From NCBI GenBank assembly GCA_963766935.1, contig CAVYBY010000007.1:3911-67910 (forward strand): a stretch of 64,000 nt of DNA, written 5' to 3'. How positions within the stretch are numbered: the stretch's first letter is position 1; each line of letters opens with the position of its first letter. Shown piece by piece: positions 46,418-54,779 of the stretch. Both the position numbers and the translations under genes were made by a program. Source of the DNA: an uncultured Actinomycetes bacterium. GTDB taxonomy: Bacteria; Actinomycetota; UBA4738; HRBIN12. The notes below the pieces were generated by a model. The model saw only the letters and a program-made list of their open reading frames with translations. It was not told where the DNA came from and searched no databases.

Positions 46418-47683
46418 CTAGCTCCCGGCTCGGTCGAGCCAGCCACCCTCGCGAGCGTTTCGGGCGGCGACGACACCTGCCGCGATCGACAGCGCGATCT
46501 CCTGGGGCCGGCGGCCGCCGAGATCGAGCCCCAGGGGCGAACGGATCCGCGCGAGATCGGTCGGGTCGAAGCCGGCGTCGACCAGATCGGCGACGTAGGG
46601 ACCGACGTGGCGGCGGCTCCCCATCACGCCGATGAAGCTGACCGGGGACCGAAGCAGCGCGGCGAGGATGGCCGCCACTCCCGGCGCATCGTGGTCGGTG
46701 AGCACGGCCACGTCGTACGTGGCCAGCTCGAGGTCGTCCACCGAGGGGGCATGCGGTTCGTCCCCGGCCGTCAGGCGGTCGGGCCGGGACTCCACCATGA
46801 GCACGTCGAACCCGAGCCGTTCGAGCTCGCCGCGGAGCGACCTGGCCACGTCGGTCGCCGAGACCACGAGGGCCCGTGGCGGCCGGCGATGCGGCTCGAA
46901 GTACACCTCGACGTCACCCAGCTCGTGGTGCAGCGTTCGCGTCGTGGGCTCGTCGAGCGCCAGCACGTCGCCGGCCGCGGCGACCGCTCCGGCGTCGAAC
47001 TCCGCGCACCCGAGCGTCCCGTGCACCTCACCGCCGGGCACGATCGACATGCGGTTGCCGACGCGGCACGGTGGGGAGCCGTGCACCTTCACCGCGCGCG
47101 CCTCCACCCAGCCCGCACCGGGGGGCGGCTCCACCGGTCCCGCCGCCGGCGCGTCCTCGAGGTGGCCGGCCGCGTGATCGTGCCCGGTCGGGTGCTCGCC
47201 CGTTCGTCCGGCCAGCAGCTCGGTCGCATGCGGCAGGAGCGGTGCGATCGTGGCGAGCCCTTCCGTGACTCCCGCCAGACTTCCAGGCAGGTTCACGACG
47301 AGCGAGGAACCGAGGGTTCCCGCAACGCCGCGAGAAAGCGCGGCCATCGGCGTCTTGGCCAGACCCGCCGAGCGAAGCAGCTCCGCGATCCCGGGGGCCT
47401 CTCGCTCGATCACGGTTCGCGTCGCCTCGGGCGTGACATCGCGCGGACCGAAACCGGTCCCGCCGGTCGTGACGACGAGGCGATGGTCGCGGACGAGCGC
47501 TCGGAGCGCCGTCACGATCTCGTCGTGCTCGTCGGGGACCGTCGACCTGGACGTCACCGCGAAACCGGCCTCGCCCAGCAGCCGCTCCGCCTCGTCGCCC
47601 GACTCGTCCTTGCGGGTCCCCGCGGCGACCCCGTCGGAGACGGTGAGCACCGCCGCTCGCTCCGCCCCGTCCACGCTCGACAT
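46418..47683 (-). CDS. MogA/MoaB molybdopterin adenylyltransferase fused to XdhC/CoxI
   Basis: N-terminus: LTVSD...VPDE...TTGGTGFGPRDVTPEAT...NLPGS. His-rich linker. C-terminus: VHGSPP...GTLGC, FIGVMGSRR, RSPLGLDLGGRRPQEIALSI. Confidence 0.82.
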   Translation of the reverse strand: MSSVDGAERAAVLTVSDGVAAGTRKDESGDEAERLLGEAGFAVTSRSTVPDEHDEIVTALRALVRDHRLVVTTGGTGFGPRDVTPEATRTVIEREAPGIAELLRSAGLAKTPMAALSRGVAGTLGSSLVVNLPGSLAGVTEGLATIAPLLPHATELLAGRTGEHPTGHDHAAGHLEDAPAAGPVEPPPGAGWVEARAVKVHGSPPCRVGNRMSIVPGGEVHGTLGCAEFDAGAVAAAGDVLALDEPTTRTLHHELGDVEVYFEPHRRPPRALVVSATDVARSLRGELERLGFDVLMVESRPDRLTAGDEPHAPSVDDLELATYDVAVLTDHDAPGVAAILAALLRSPVSFIGVMGSRRHVGPYVADLVDAGFDPTDLARIRSPLGLDLGGRRPQEIALSIAAGVVAARNAREGGWLDRAGS

Positions 47684-47707
47684 CCTGGCAGACCTCAGTC
47701 CAAGAAC

Positions 47708-48175
47708 TCAACGAGCCGCCGGCCCGCGCGACGGCGCGGCAGGCGACCGGGATGCGGCGTCCTCCAAGACCGCGGTGGCGAACGCGTCGACGCCGGCGAA
47801 CCGGTTCCGGCGGCGCGACGCGTGGCCGGCGACCACCTCGGCGCCGCGGGCTCGCAGCGCCGCCGCAAGGACCGGCAGCGTCTGTTTCGGCTTGACGTCG
47901 TACGTGCAGAAGACGCCGGCGACCGTGCCGCCCAGCGCCGGCAGCGACTCGGCCCACTCTGAGGCGCCGGCCGACGGTCCGACGCCAACCACGATCAGCC
48001 CATGGACCCAGCAACCGAGGAACAGCACGTCGGCCGTCTCGGCCCGTCCGGGCCGGGTCTCGCGCACGGATCGGACCTCGACCCGCGGCGTCCATCCGAG
48101 CGCCACCCGGCCGATGCGTTCGGCCACCGCCCGGGTCGTTCCCCGGCGGCTGTCATAGACGATCAGCACTCTCAT
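47708..48175 (-). CDS. Flavodoxin-like domain protein
   Basis: VLIVYDSRRGTTRAVAERI (FMN phosphate loop), LFLGCW, GVFCT. Confidence 0.75.
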   Translation of the reverse strand: MRVLIVYDSRRGTTRAVAERIGRVALGWTPRVEVRSVRETRPGRAETADVLFLGCWVHGLIVVGVGPSAGASEWAESLPALGGTVAGVFCTYDVKPKQTLPVLAAALRARGAEVVAGHASRRRNRFAGVDAFATAVLEDAASRSPAAPSRGPAAR

Positions 48176-48273
48176 GGCAGCACCTTCATCGACATCGGCT
48201 CACCGGAGGGGCAGCCTATACGCGGGCCCGGCACCCGACCCGGCCCGAAGCGCTCACGACGGGAGGACGCCAC

Positions 48274-48537
48274 ATGACCTGGATCGATGACTACGCCGCA
48301 TCGCTCGAGCTCGAGCCGCTGTCGCCTGCCGAGACGACCGCCCTGCTCGACGCGGCGCGCGACGTCGCCCACCGCGTGGAGCGGCGGGTGACCCCCCTTT
48401 CGACGTTCCTGCTGGGTGTCGCGGTCGGGGCGGGAGGCGAATCCGATCGCGCCGGGGCCGTCGCCGGGGCCGTCGCGGCCCTGCGCTCGACGCTTCCCCC
48501 GGACCCGGCCGAGGACCCCGCCGAGAACCCGGGATAG
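48274..48537 (+). CDS. DUF6457-like protein (domain usually found at the C-terminus of actinobacterial MobA)
   Basis: LLDAARDVAHRVERRVTPLSTFLLGVAVG. GGAGG RBS. Lies directly upstream of moaA. Confidence 0.72.
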   Translation: MTWIDDYAASLELEPLSPAETTALLDAARDVAHRVERRVTPLSTFLLGVAVGAGGESDRAGAVAGAVAALRSTLPPDPAEDPAENPG

Positions 48538-48570
48538 GCGCCACGCGCGGCGAGGGGATACGCTGGGTCG

Positions 48571-49587
48571 ATGCCGATCCCACCGACCTCGCCCCCGAGC
48601 GAGGGTCCGCTCGTCGACTCGTTCGGACGGATCGCGAACGACCTGCGGATCTCGGTCACCGACCGGTGCAACTTCCGGTGCACGTACTGCATGCCGGCAG
48701 AGGGCCTCGCGTGGCTGCCGAAGTCCGAGATCCTGAGCTTCGAGGAGCTGACGCGCCTTCTCGCGCTCTTCGTTCGGCTCGGTGTCCGGTCGCTCAAGGT
48801 CACGGGCGGGGAGCCGCTGGTACGCGCCGACCTGCCGACCCTCGTCCGCATGTTCCGGTCGGTCGGCCCCGACCTCGACATCTCGATCACCACGAACGGC
48901 GTGCTGCTGCCGCGCCTGGCCCGGCCGCTGGCCGATGCCGGGGTGGACCGCGCCACCGTGTCGTGCGACTCCCTGCTCCGGCACCGCTTCCTGGAGATGA
49001 CGCGGCGCGACGCGCTTGACACCGTGCTCGAAGGATTGCGGGCAGCGGTCGACGCCGGGCTCACGCCGATCAAGATCAACTGCGTCGTGATCGGGGGAAC
49101 GAACGACGACGAGATCGTCGACTTCGCGAGATGGGCGCGCGAGACCGGGTACGAAGTGCGGTTCATCGAGTACATGCCGCTCGACGCCGAGCATCGCTGG
49201 GACCGCGACAAGGTGATCCCGGCGGCGTCCATCCTCGAAGCGATCGGCAACGCGTATCCGCTCGAACGGGCCGGCCATGCGAACGAACCGGCGACCACGT
49301 TCCGGTTCGCCGACGGAGCGCCCGGTGCGATCGGCGTGATCCCGAGCGTGACCGAGCCGTTCTGCGACACCTGCAACCGGATCCGCATCACGGCCGAGGG
49401 TCAGTTCCGGACGTGTCTGTTCGCGCTCGAGGAAACCGACCTGCGTGAGCCCTTGCGGTCCGGCGCGTCGGACGCCGAGCTCGAGCAGTTGATCCGCGCG
49501 TCGCTCTGGACGAAGTGGTCGGGGCACCGCATCGGGCAGCACGACTTCATCCAACCGGTTCGCAGCATGTCGATGATCGGCGGCTGA
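48571..49587 (+). CDS. moaA: GTP 3',8-cyclase MoaA
   Basis: LRISVTDRCNFRCTYC, TGGEPL, TTNG, RFIEYMP, FCDTCNRIRITAEG...C, C-terminal MSMIGG. Confidence 0.96.
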   Translation: MPIPPTSPPSEGPLVDSFGRIANDLRISVTDRCNFRCTYCMPAEGLAWLPKSEILSFEELTRLLALFVRLGVRSLKVTGGEPLVRADLPTLVRMFRSVGPDLDISITTNGVLLPRLARPLADAGVDRATVSCDSLLRHRFLEMTRRDALDTVLEGLRAAVDAGLTPIKINCVVIGGTNDDEIVDFARWARETGYEVRFIEYMPLDAEHRWDRDKVIPAASILEAIGNAYPLERAGHANEPATTFRFADGAPGAIGVIPSVTEPFCDTCNRIRITAEGQFRTCLFALEETDLREPLRSGASDAELEQLIRASLWTKWSGHRIGQHDFIQPVRSMSMIGG

Positions 49588-49771
49588 GACCGCTTTTCGG
49601 CCCGGCCGATCCTTTGCTTCGTTCATTCACCGGTGGGATCCCGGCCACGCTCCGTTCACATCCGGATGCGAGGCTGCAGCCACCGGGAGGTCGCGCCCCC
49701 TCTCCGGCGCGGGGGGCCGGGAACGCAATCCGGTCCCCCGCGACCCCCTCTTTCGACGGAACGGCCGAAGG

Positions 49772-50632
49772 TCAGGCCGGTCGGCGTCCGACGACGACGC
49801 GCGTCACCTTGAGCTCCCCGCCCTTGGTGCTGCGGACGTCGCGATATCCCGCCGCGCGAACGAGCCGGCTCACATCGCGCGCTCGGTCGGGGTCGACCTC
49901 GACGAGCAGCCAGCCGCTCTTCTTCAGCCAGGTGGGCGACTCGTCGACGGCTCGCGACACGAGCCCGAGCCCGTCGTCGCTGTGGTCGGTCAGCGTGTCG
50001 ACCGGCTCCCAGTGGCGGATCTCGTCGGGCAGGTCCTCCACCTCGTGGCTCGCCACGTACGGGGGATGCAGGGTGATCACGTCGACCGAACCCTGCAGGG
50101 AACGCGGGAGCGCGCCGAACAGATCGCCGCGGACGAACCGGATGTCGAGGCCCAGGCGTTTCGCGTTCTTCTTCGCAAGCTTGATCGCGTCGGCCGAGAG
50201 ATCCGTGCCGAAGACCCGCGCTTTCTCGACCTCGTTCGCGACGGCCAGCGCGACCGGGCCGCCGCCGGTCGCCAGGTCGACGTGGACCGGCCGCTTGCGT
50301 TTCCGGAGCCGTCGGATGGCCTGCTCGGCAAGGAACTCCGAAGAGTCCCGTGGGACGAAGACGCCCGGGCGGGCCAGCAGCTCGAGGTCTCGGAACTCCG
50401 TGTACCCCTTGATGTACGGGATGGGCTCTCCGGCCGCGCGGCGCGTGACCAATTCCTCGAACTTCCGGCGATCGGACACCGAGACCTTGTCGCGAGGATC
50501 GGGCTCTTCTCCGAGGATGTGGATCAGCAGGTCTTCGGACTCGATGCGTTCGCGACCCCGCTGCCAATGGTCGATTGCGGGCGACGCTTTGAGCTTCGTG
50601 ACCGCGCGATTGAGCAGCTTGCCCGCCTCCAT
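49772..50632 (-). CDS. HemK/PrmC family SAM-dependent methyltransferase (HPPY variant)
   Basis: RRAAGEPIPYIKG, FVPRDSSEFL, VDLATGGG, TDLS, VITLHPPYV, DGLG. Confidence 0.82.
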   Translation of the reverse strand: MEAGKLLNRAVTKLKASPAIDHWQRGRERIESEDLLIHILGEEPDPRDKVSVSDRRKFEELVTRRAAGEPIPYIKGYTEFRDLELLARPGVFVPRDSSEFLAEQAIRRLRKRKRPVHVDLATGGGPVALAVANEVEKARVFGTDLSADAIKLAKKNAKRLGLDIRFVRGDLFGALPRSLQGSVDVITLHPPYVASHEVEDLPDEIRHWEPVDTLTDHSDDGLGLVSRAVDESPTWLKKSGWLLVEVDPDRARDVSRLVRAAGYRDVRSTKGGELKVTRVVVGRRPA

Positions 50633-50674
50633 GGAGCGCTCATCCTACCCGTCGCGCTCGCTACACTCGCTGCC

Positions 50675-51094
50675 ATGGCGCCCCAAAAGCCGAGCCAAAC
50701 GCCGAGCCAGAAACCGAAGACGAACGCGACCGAATCGTCCAAGCGGGCGACGGCGCGTCGAAAACTGGCGCTGACGGCGCCGGGTGTCCGGCTCACGGGG
50801 GACCGCCTGATCGTCGAGCTTCCGGGCAACGGAGAGCGCAAGACGGCCGGCGGGCTGCTGATCCCGGCGACCGCGATGCCGGCGCCGAAACGCCTCGTCT
50901 GGGCCGACGTCCGGTTGGTTGGCCCCGACGTCCGCGCCGCCTCGACCGGCGACCGCGTCCTGTTCCTGCCCTCGTCCGGTCTCGAGGTTGAGCTCGACGG
51001 CGAGGATCTCATCCTGCTGCGCGAGCGCGACGTGCAGGCCGTCACACCGGCGGTCGAGGGCAGGAACGACCGGGTTCCCGGCCAGTACCTGTAG
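50675..51094 (+). CDS. Divergent GroES-family co-chaperonin
   Basis: GDRLIV, ERKTAGGLLIPATA (mobile loop), VGP, GDRVLF, LILLRERDVQAV, plus a basic N-terminal extension. Confidence 0.8.
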   Translation: MAPQKPSQTPSQKPKTNATESSKRATARRKLALTAPGVRLTGDRLIVELPGNGERKTAGGLLIPATAMPAPKRLVWADVRLVGPDVRAASTGDRVLFLPSSGLEVELDGEDLILLRERDVQAVTPAVEGRNDRVPGQYL

Positions 51095-51103
51095 CCGGGC
51101 TGC

Positions 51104-51508
51104 TCAGCCGCTCAGCAGGCTGAGGCGAACGTGGCGCCGGTTGTTGTCCCGGTTGGGGTCGACGATCACGACGCGCTGCCAGGTTCCGAGCTGGAGACGG
51201 CCGCCCAGCACCGGGATCACCAGGCTCGGGCCGACGAACGCGGGCAGCAGGTGGTCGCCTCCGTGACCGGTGGAGCCGTGCCGGTGGACGTAGCGGTCCT
51301 CGCGCGGCAACAGGCGACCGAGGACCTCGGCCAGATCCTCCTCGCTTCCCGATCCGGTCTCGATCAGCGCCACGCCCGCGGTCGCATGAGGCACGAACAC
51401 GTCGAGGAGCCCATCGCCCCCGGCCTCCGCACAGAACGCCGCGACCCGGTCGGTCACGTCGAAGACCAGCGCCCCGCTCGTGTCCAGCTCGAACACGGAC
51501 GAGCGCAT
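51104..51508 (-). CDS. yjbQ: YjbQ / UPF0047 family protein (secondary thiamine-phosphate synthase)
   Basis: FVPHATAG, YVHRH, GDHLL, LQLGTWQ...D. Confidence 0.88.
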   Translation of the reverse strand: MRSSVFELDTSGALVFDVTDRVAAFCAEAGGDGLLDVFVPHATAGVALIETGSGSEEDLAEVLGRLLPREDRYVHRHGSTGHGGDHLLPAFVGPSLVIPVLGGRLQLGTWQRVVIVDPNRDNNRRHVRLSLLSG

Positions 51509-52101
51509 CAGTCCGGATCGAGGGCCCCAGCGGCCCCGCCGGCAACGGGCGGCCTCAACACGCCGCGGACGAGCATCAGCGCGCCCACAAAGCCCACGAC
51601 CCCTCCCACGAAACAGAGCCAAACACCGAGCTCAGCATGACTCGATGCGATCCGGTCCACATCCCTCTTGGTGAATCCGAGGGCTCCGAGATCCCGCGCC
51701 AGCCGCTGGGCGAGAACGAACGCCGTCTCGTCGACCTGCCGGAGGTCGGTAAGCGCCCTCGCCGCACCCATGGCTCCCCCGAGCGCGATCAGCACCACCA
51801 CCGGCATGCGCCACCGGGGGACCAGGTAGGCGATCGTGGCTCCGATCAACACGAGGATCCCGGCAACGAGCGTGACCTTGCCGTCGGTGATGGCGATACC
51901 CGTCGCGGAGATGTGCGTCGGGATGTTCGCTCCGTGCAAGACCGAGACGTCGATGCCCAGCGTCGCGGCGAGCGCCCGCAGGCTGATCGAGGCCGAGATC
52001 CACGTCAGAAAGGATCCGAGTGCCAGCATTGCCCCTCCGAGGATCGCGACCAGCTCGGGGGCGGACGGACCTCGCCGAACGTCGCTTCGCGCGTGCGCCA
52101 T
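51508..52101 (-). CDS. Membrane protein (about 4 TM)
   Basis: GGAMLALGSFLTW, DGKVTLVAG, ELGVWLCFVGGVVGFVGA. TGATG overlap with yjbQ. Confidence 0.7.
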   Translation of the reverse strand: MAHARSDVRRGPSAPELVAILGGAMLALGSFLTWISASISLRALAATLGIDVSVLHGANIPTHISATGIAITDGKVTLVAGILVLIGATIAYLVPRWRMPVVVLIALGGAMGAARALTDLRQVDETAFVLAQRLARDLGALGFTKRDVDRIASSHAELGVWLCFVGGVVGFVGALMLVRGVLRPPVAGGAAGALDPD

Positions 52102-52128
52102 CTTCTTCCCTCGATCAATCTCGCTCGC

Positions 52129-53121
52129 TCAAGCGGCGGGGCCGCCCGGAAGCTCGGTGTGTTCGGCCTCGTGGAACTCGGCGAACGACATCGGCCAGAC
52201 GTAGCCCGGCCAGCGATAGTCGAGCCTGCCCTCGGCCAGGCGGAACACCGCCGTGTACAGAGTGCCAAACCCGCCGGCGTACTCGCGGCTGAGGAGCGGC
52301 TCCCGCAGGAACGCGTCCACGAAGCCCTCGGCGGTCATGGCGGGATCACCGAGCAGATCGAGCACGCATCGTTCCCGTTCGACGGTCCGGGTCGCGACCG
52401 CCTGCTCGAGCCATTCGACCTCGCCTTGGTGGTTGGTGGCCGCGGGGATGGGCCGGAACACCGGCGGGCGATCCGGGGACAAGTACGCCGTGAAGAACGC
52501 GCCCCGGCGATCGGCGACGGTCAGGTTGTGGCTGAGCGCGTACGGAAGCCGTCCCAGCACGCCCTGCGCCTCGGCCGCGGTCTCGCACACCTCCAACAGG
52601 TAGCGCACGACGATGGGGATGCCGAACCCTTCGCCGAGCACCCGGCGGCCGCCGAAGGTCAGCGAGACGGCGAGGCCGGCCTCGTTCATGCCGTCGAGCA
52701 GGCCCCACAGGCAGTCGCCCGTCCCGATGACCCGGCGGCTCACCATCCGCGTCGACCAGATCGTGCCCTCGAACCGCGACGGCGAGTAGTCGTAGTTGCG
52801 AACGAGCAGCGGGCCGGGTTCGCCGGTCCACACGCCCTGCGAGCACGCCGCCAGATACGGGGGCGGGCTGTAGAGCGCGAGCATCCTCGCGGCCAGATCG
52901 CCGCCGCCGGCAAGCTCCACCAGCCGCTCGTAGACGGGCACGAGCTCCGGCATGTGATCCTGCAGCATCTGCAGGCTCGTGACGTAACCGGGCCGGGCCC
53001 CGTCGCCCTCCTGGAGGAACCACTCCCGATAGGCGGGCCAGCGCCGCTCGAACTCCGCCTGCCACTTGGGCCCGAGCTCGAGCTCTTCGATGGCGCGGAA
53101 CGTGACCAGAACGGGCGGCAT
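52129..53121 (-). CDS. C45 family autoproteolytic acyltransferase/hydrolase (Ntn fold)
   Basis: HMPELVP, YLAA|CSQ (N-terminal nucleophile Cys), VRNYDY, LDGMNEAGL, ATNH. The start overlaps the ATP-grasp stop (TGATG). Confidence 0.82.
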   Translation of the reverse strand: MPPVLVTFRAIEELELGPKWQAEFERRWPAYREWFLQEGDGARPGYVTSLQMLQDHMPELVPVYERLVELAGGGDLAARMLALYSPPPYLAACSQGVWTGEPGPLLVRNYDYSPSRFEGTIWSTRMVSRRVIGTGDCLWGLLDGMNEAGLAVSLTFGGRRVLGEGFGIPIVVRYLLEVCETAAEAQGVLGRLPYALSHNLTVADRRGAFFTAYLSPDRPPVFRPIPAATNHQGEVEWLEQAVATRTVERERCVLDLLGDPAMTAEGFVDAFLREPLLSREYAGGFGTLYTAVFRLAEGRLDYRWPGYVWPMSFAEFHEAEHTELPGGPAA

Positions 53122-54779
53122 CAGAGCATCTTGAAGCCGAACGGCTCGGGCGCGACGGGCGGCGGCTGCTCGGTTGGGGCAACGCCGCGGAAGGCGCCCT
53201 TGATCCCCGTGATCCACGTTCGAGCCCGGTCCGACAGATCGTGCTCGTCGTTCATGAACCGGCCGCGCGTGACGAGGATCCCGAGGTCGGCGCCGGGGTA
53301 GCGGTACTGGCCCGCTCCGGCGATCCGCAGATAGAACGCCTCGCGCTCGTCGGAGACGGTGTGCCAGTCGGTGTCGGAGCGCGCATAGGCGATCCCGCCG
53401 GCGTCGTCCGCGCGCCAGATCCCGGATGCCGGCGCCTCCGTGATCAGCTCCACCGCATCGTCGGTCTGCTTCAGGATGAACTGCGTCCACTCGTCCAGAT
53501 CGGTCACCTGCGCCCATCGCTCGTTCAGCGCGTCGACGTCGATCTCGTAGTCGACGTCCATGAACTCGATCAGATGGAACAGGAACAGCGGCATGTCCCC
53601 GTAGGCCACGGCGGTGACGTTCGTGATGCTCGAGGCCCCGGTGACCCGCGGGTTGAGCTCGCCGAGGAAGAGCTCGCCGGTCGTCGCGTCGAGCAGGAAG
53701 TCCAGCTCGAAGTACCCACGGTAGCCCTCCTGCCGCAGACGCTCTCCCATCGCCTGCGTCCACCTCCGCGCGAGGGTTCGTTGCTCGTGGGTCAGAACGT
53801 TCGGGGATACGTCGTTGCCGCACCACCCGCCGTCGTAGGGCGTGAGCTCCGGGAATCCCGTCAGCTCCGCCATGAGCGGACCCACGAGCGTTCCGTGGCG
53901 CGTGATCACGCCTTCGATCGCGAGCTCGCGCGGCTCGATCCGCTTCATGACCTTGAGGTCGTGGCCGGCCATCTTCCGCTCACTGCGCGACCAGCCCGCC
54001 AGATCCGGCACGAAGAACGTCGTCTGGCCGGAGTCTCCGTACGGCGTCTGGACGACCAGGTCGTCGCCGAGCCCGGCGCTCGACGCGAGCGCGAGGAGTT
54101 CCGCGTACGAGGACGCGCGCCCCATCGTGTTGGGCACGCTCGGCACGCCGGCCTCGTTGCCGAGGCGCGTCGTCTCGATCTTCGAGTCGAGCCGGGTCCG
54201 CAGGGACGCCGGAGGGAACGAGACCTCGAGTCCCAGCGCATCGGCGAGCTGCTCGGTCTCTTCGTCGAACATCAGGAACGCGACCCGCCCGCCGGGACCA
54301 CGCCCGTGGACGAGGTCGACGACCTCTTTGTGGCCGAGCAGGTAGTTGCAGATCTCCTCGATCGAGGAGAACGCGCGCGGCGGGCGCTCCTTCGGAACGA
54401 ACACGTTCGGATGCCGGCCGTCGAACGAGTCGTAGTAGTTCACGAAGCGAAAGTTGCGAACCCAGCGGTCGATCCCGAGGAGGTTGAACGCGGTGGCGCT
54501 CACGAAGTAGACGGGAACCTCGTTCGAACGAAAGAAGCGGCGGATGGCCGGGATCCCGTCGAGCGGCGCCGTTCTCACCAGGTTCGCGGCCCCCACCTCC
54601 TCGCCGTCGCCGCGACCACCGTCCGCGCGCACATCGGAGCGCTCGAGGCCGTCCGAGCCGAACGGGTCGACCGGCAGTGGCGGCGCGGCGCGCAAGCGTC
54701 GCATGAGGAGCGCGAGCCCCGCAAGCAGCACGCCGAGCGGCACGAGAACGGCGATCAGGTGAAGGACAGACCGCACCAT
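53121..54779 (-). CDS. ATP-grasp amidoligase ('biotin carboxylase-like' orphan family), possibly with an N-terminal TM helix
   Basis: LDSKIETTRL...GVPSVP, VVQTPYGDSGQTTFF, KVMKRI, WCGND, YRGYFELDFL, ELNPRVTG. No biotin-carrier or carboxyltransferase gene nearby. Confidence 0.78.
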   Translation of the reverse strand: MVRSVLHLIAVLVPLGVLLAGLALLMRRLRAAPPLPVDPFGSDGLERSDVRADGGRGDGEEVGAANLVRTAPLDGIPAIRRFFRSNEVPVYFVSATAFNLLGIDRWVRNFRFVNYYDSFDGRHPNVFVPKERPPRAFSSIEEICNYLLGHKEVVDLVHGRGPGGRVAFLMFDEETEQLADALGLEVSFPPASLRTRLDSKIETTRLGNEAGVPSVPNTMGRASSYAELLALASSAGLGDDLVVQTPYGDSGQTTFFVPDLAGWSRSERKMAGHDLKVMKRIEPRELAIEGVITRHGTLVGPLMAELTGFPELTPYDGGWCGNDVSPNVLTHEQRTLARRWTQAMGERLRQEGYRGYFELDFLLDATTGELFLGELNPRVTGASSITNVTAVAYGDMPLFLFHLIEFMDVDYEIDVDALNERWAQVTDLDEWTQFILKQTDDAVELITEAPASGIWRADDAGGIAYARSDTDWHTVSDEREAFYLRIAGAGQYRYPGADLGILVTRGRFMNDEHDLSDRARTWITGIKGAFRGVAPTEQPPPVAPEPFGFKML

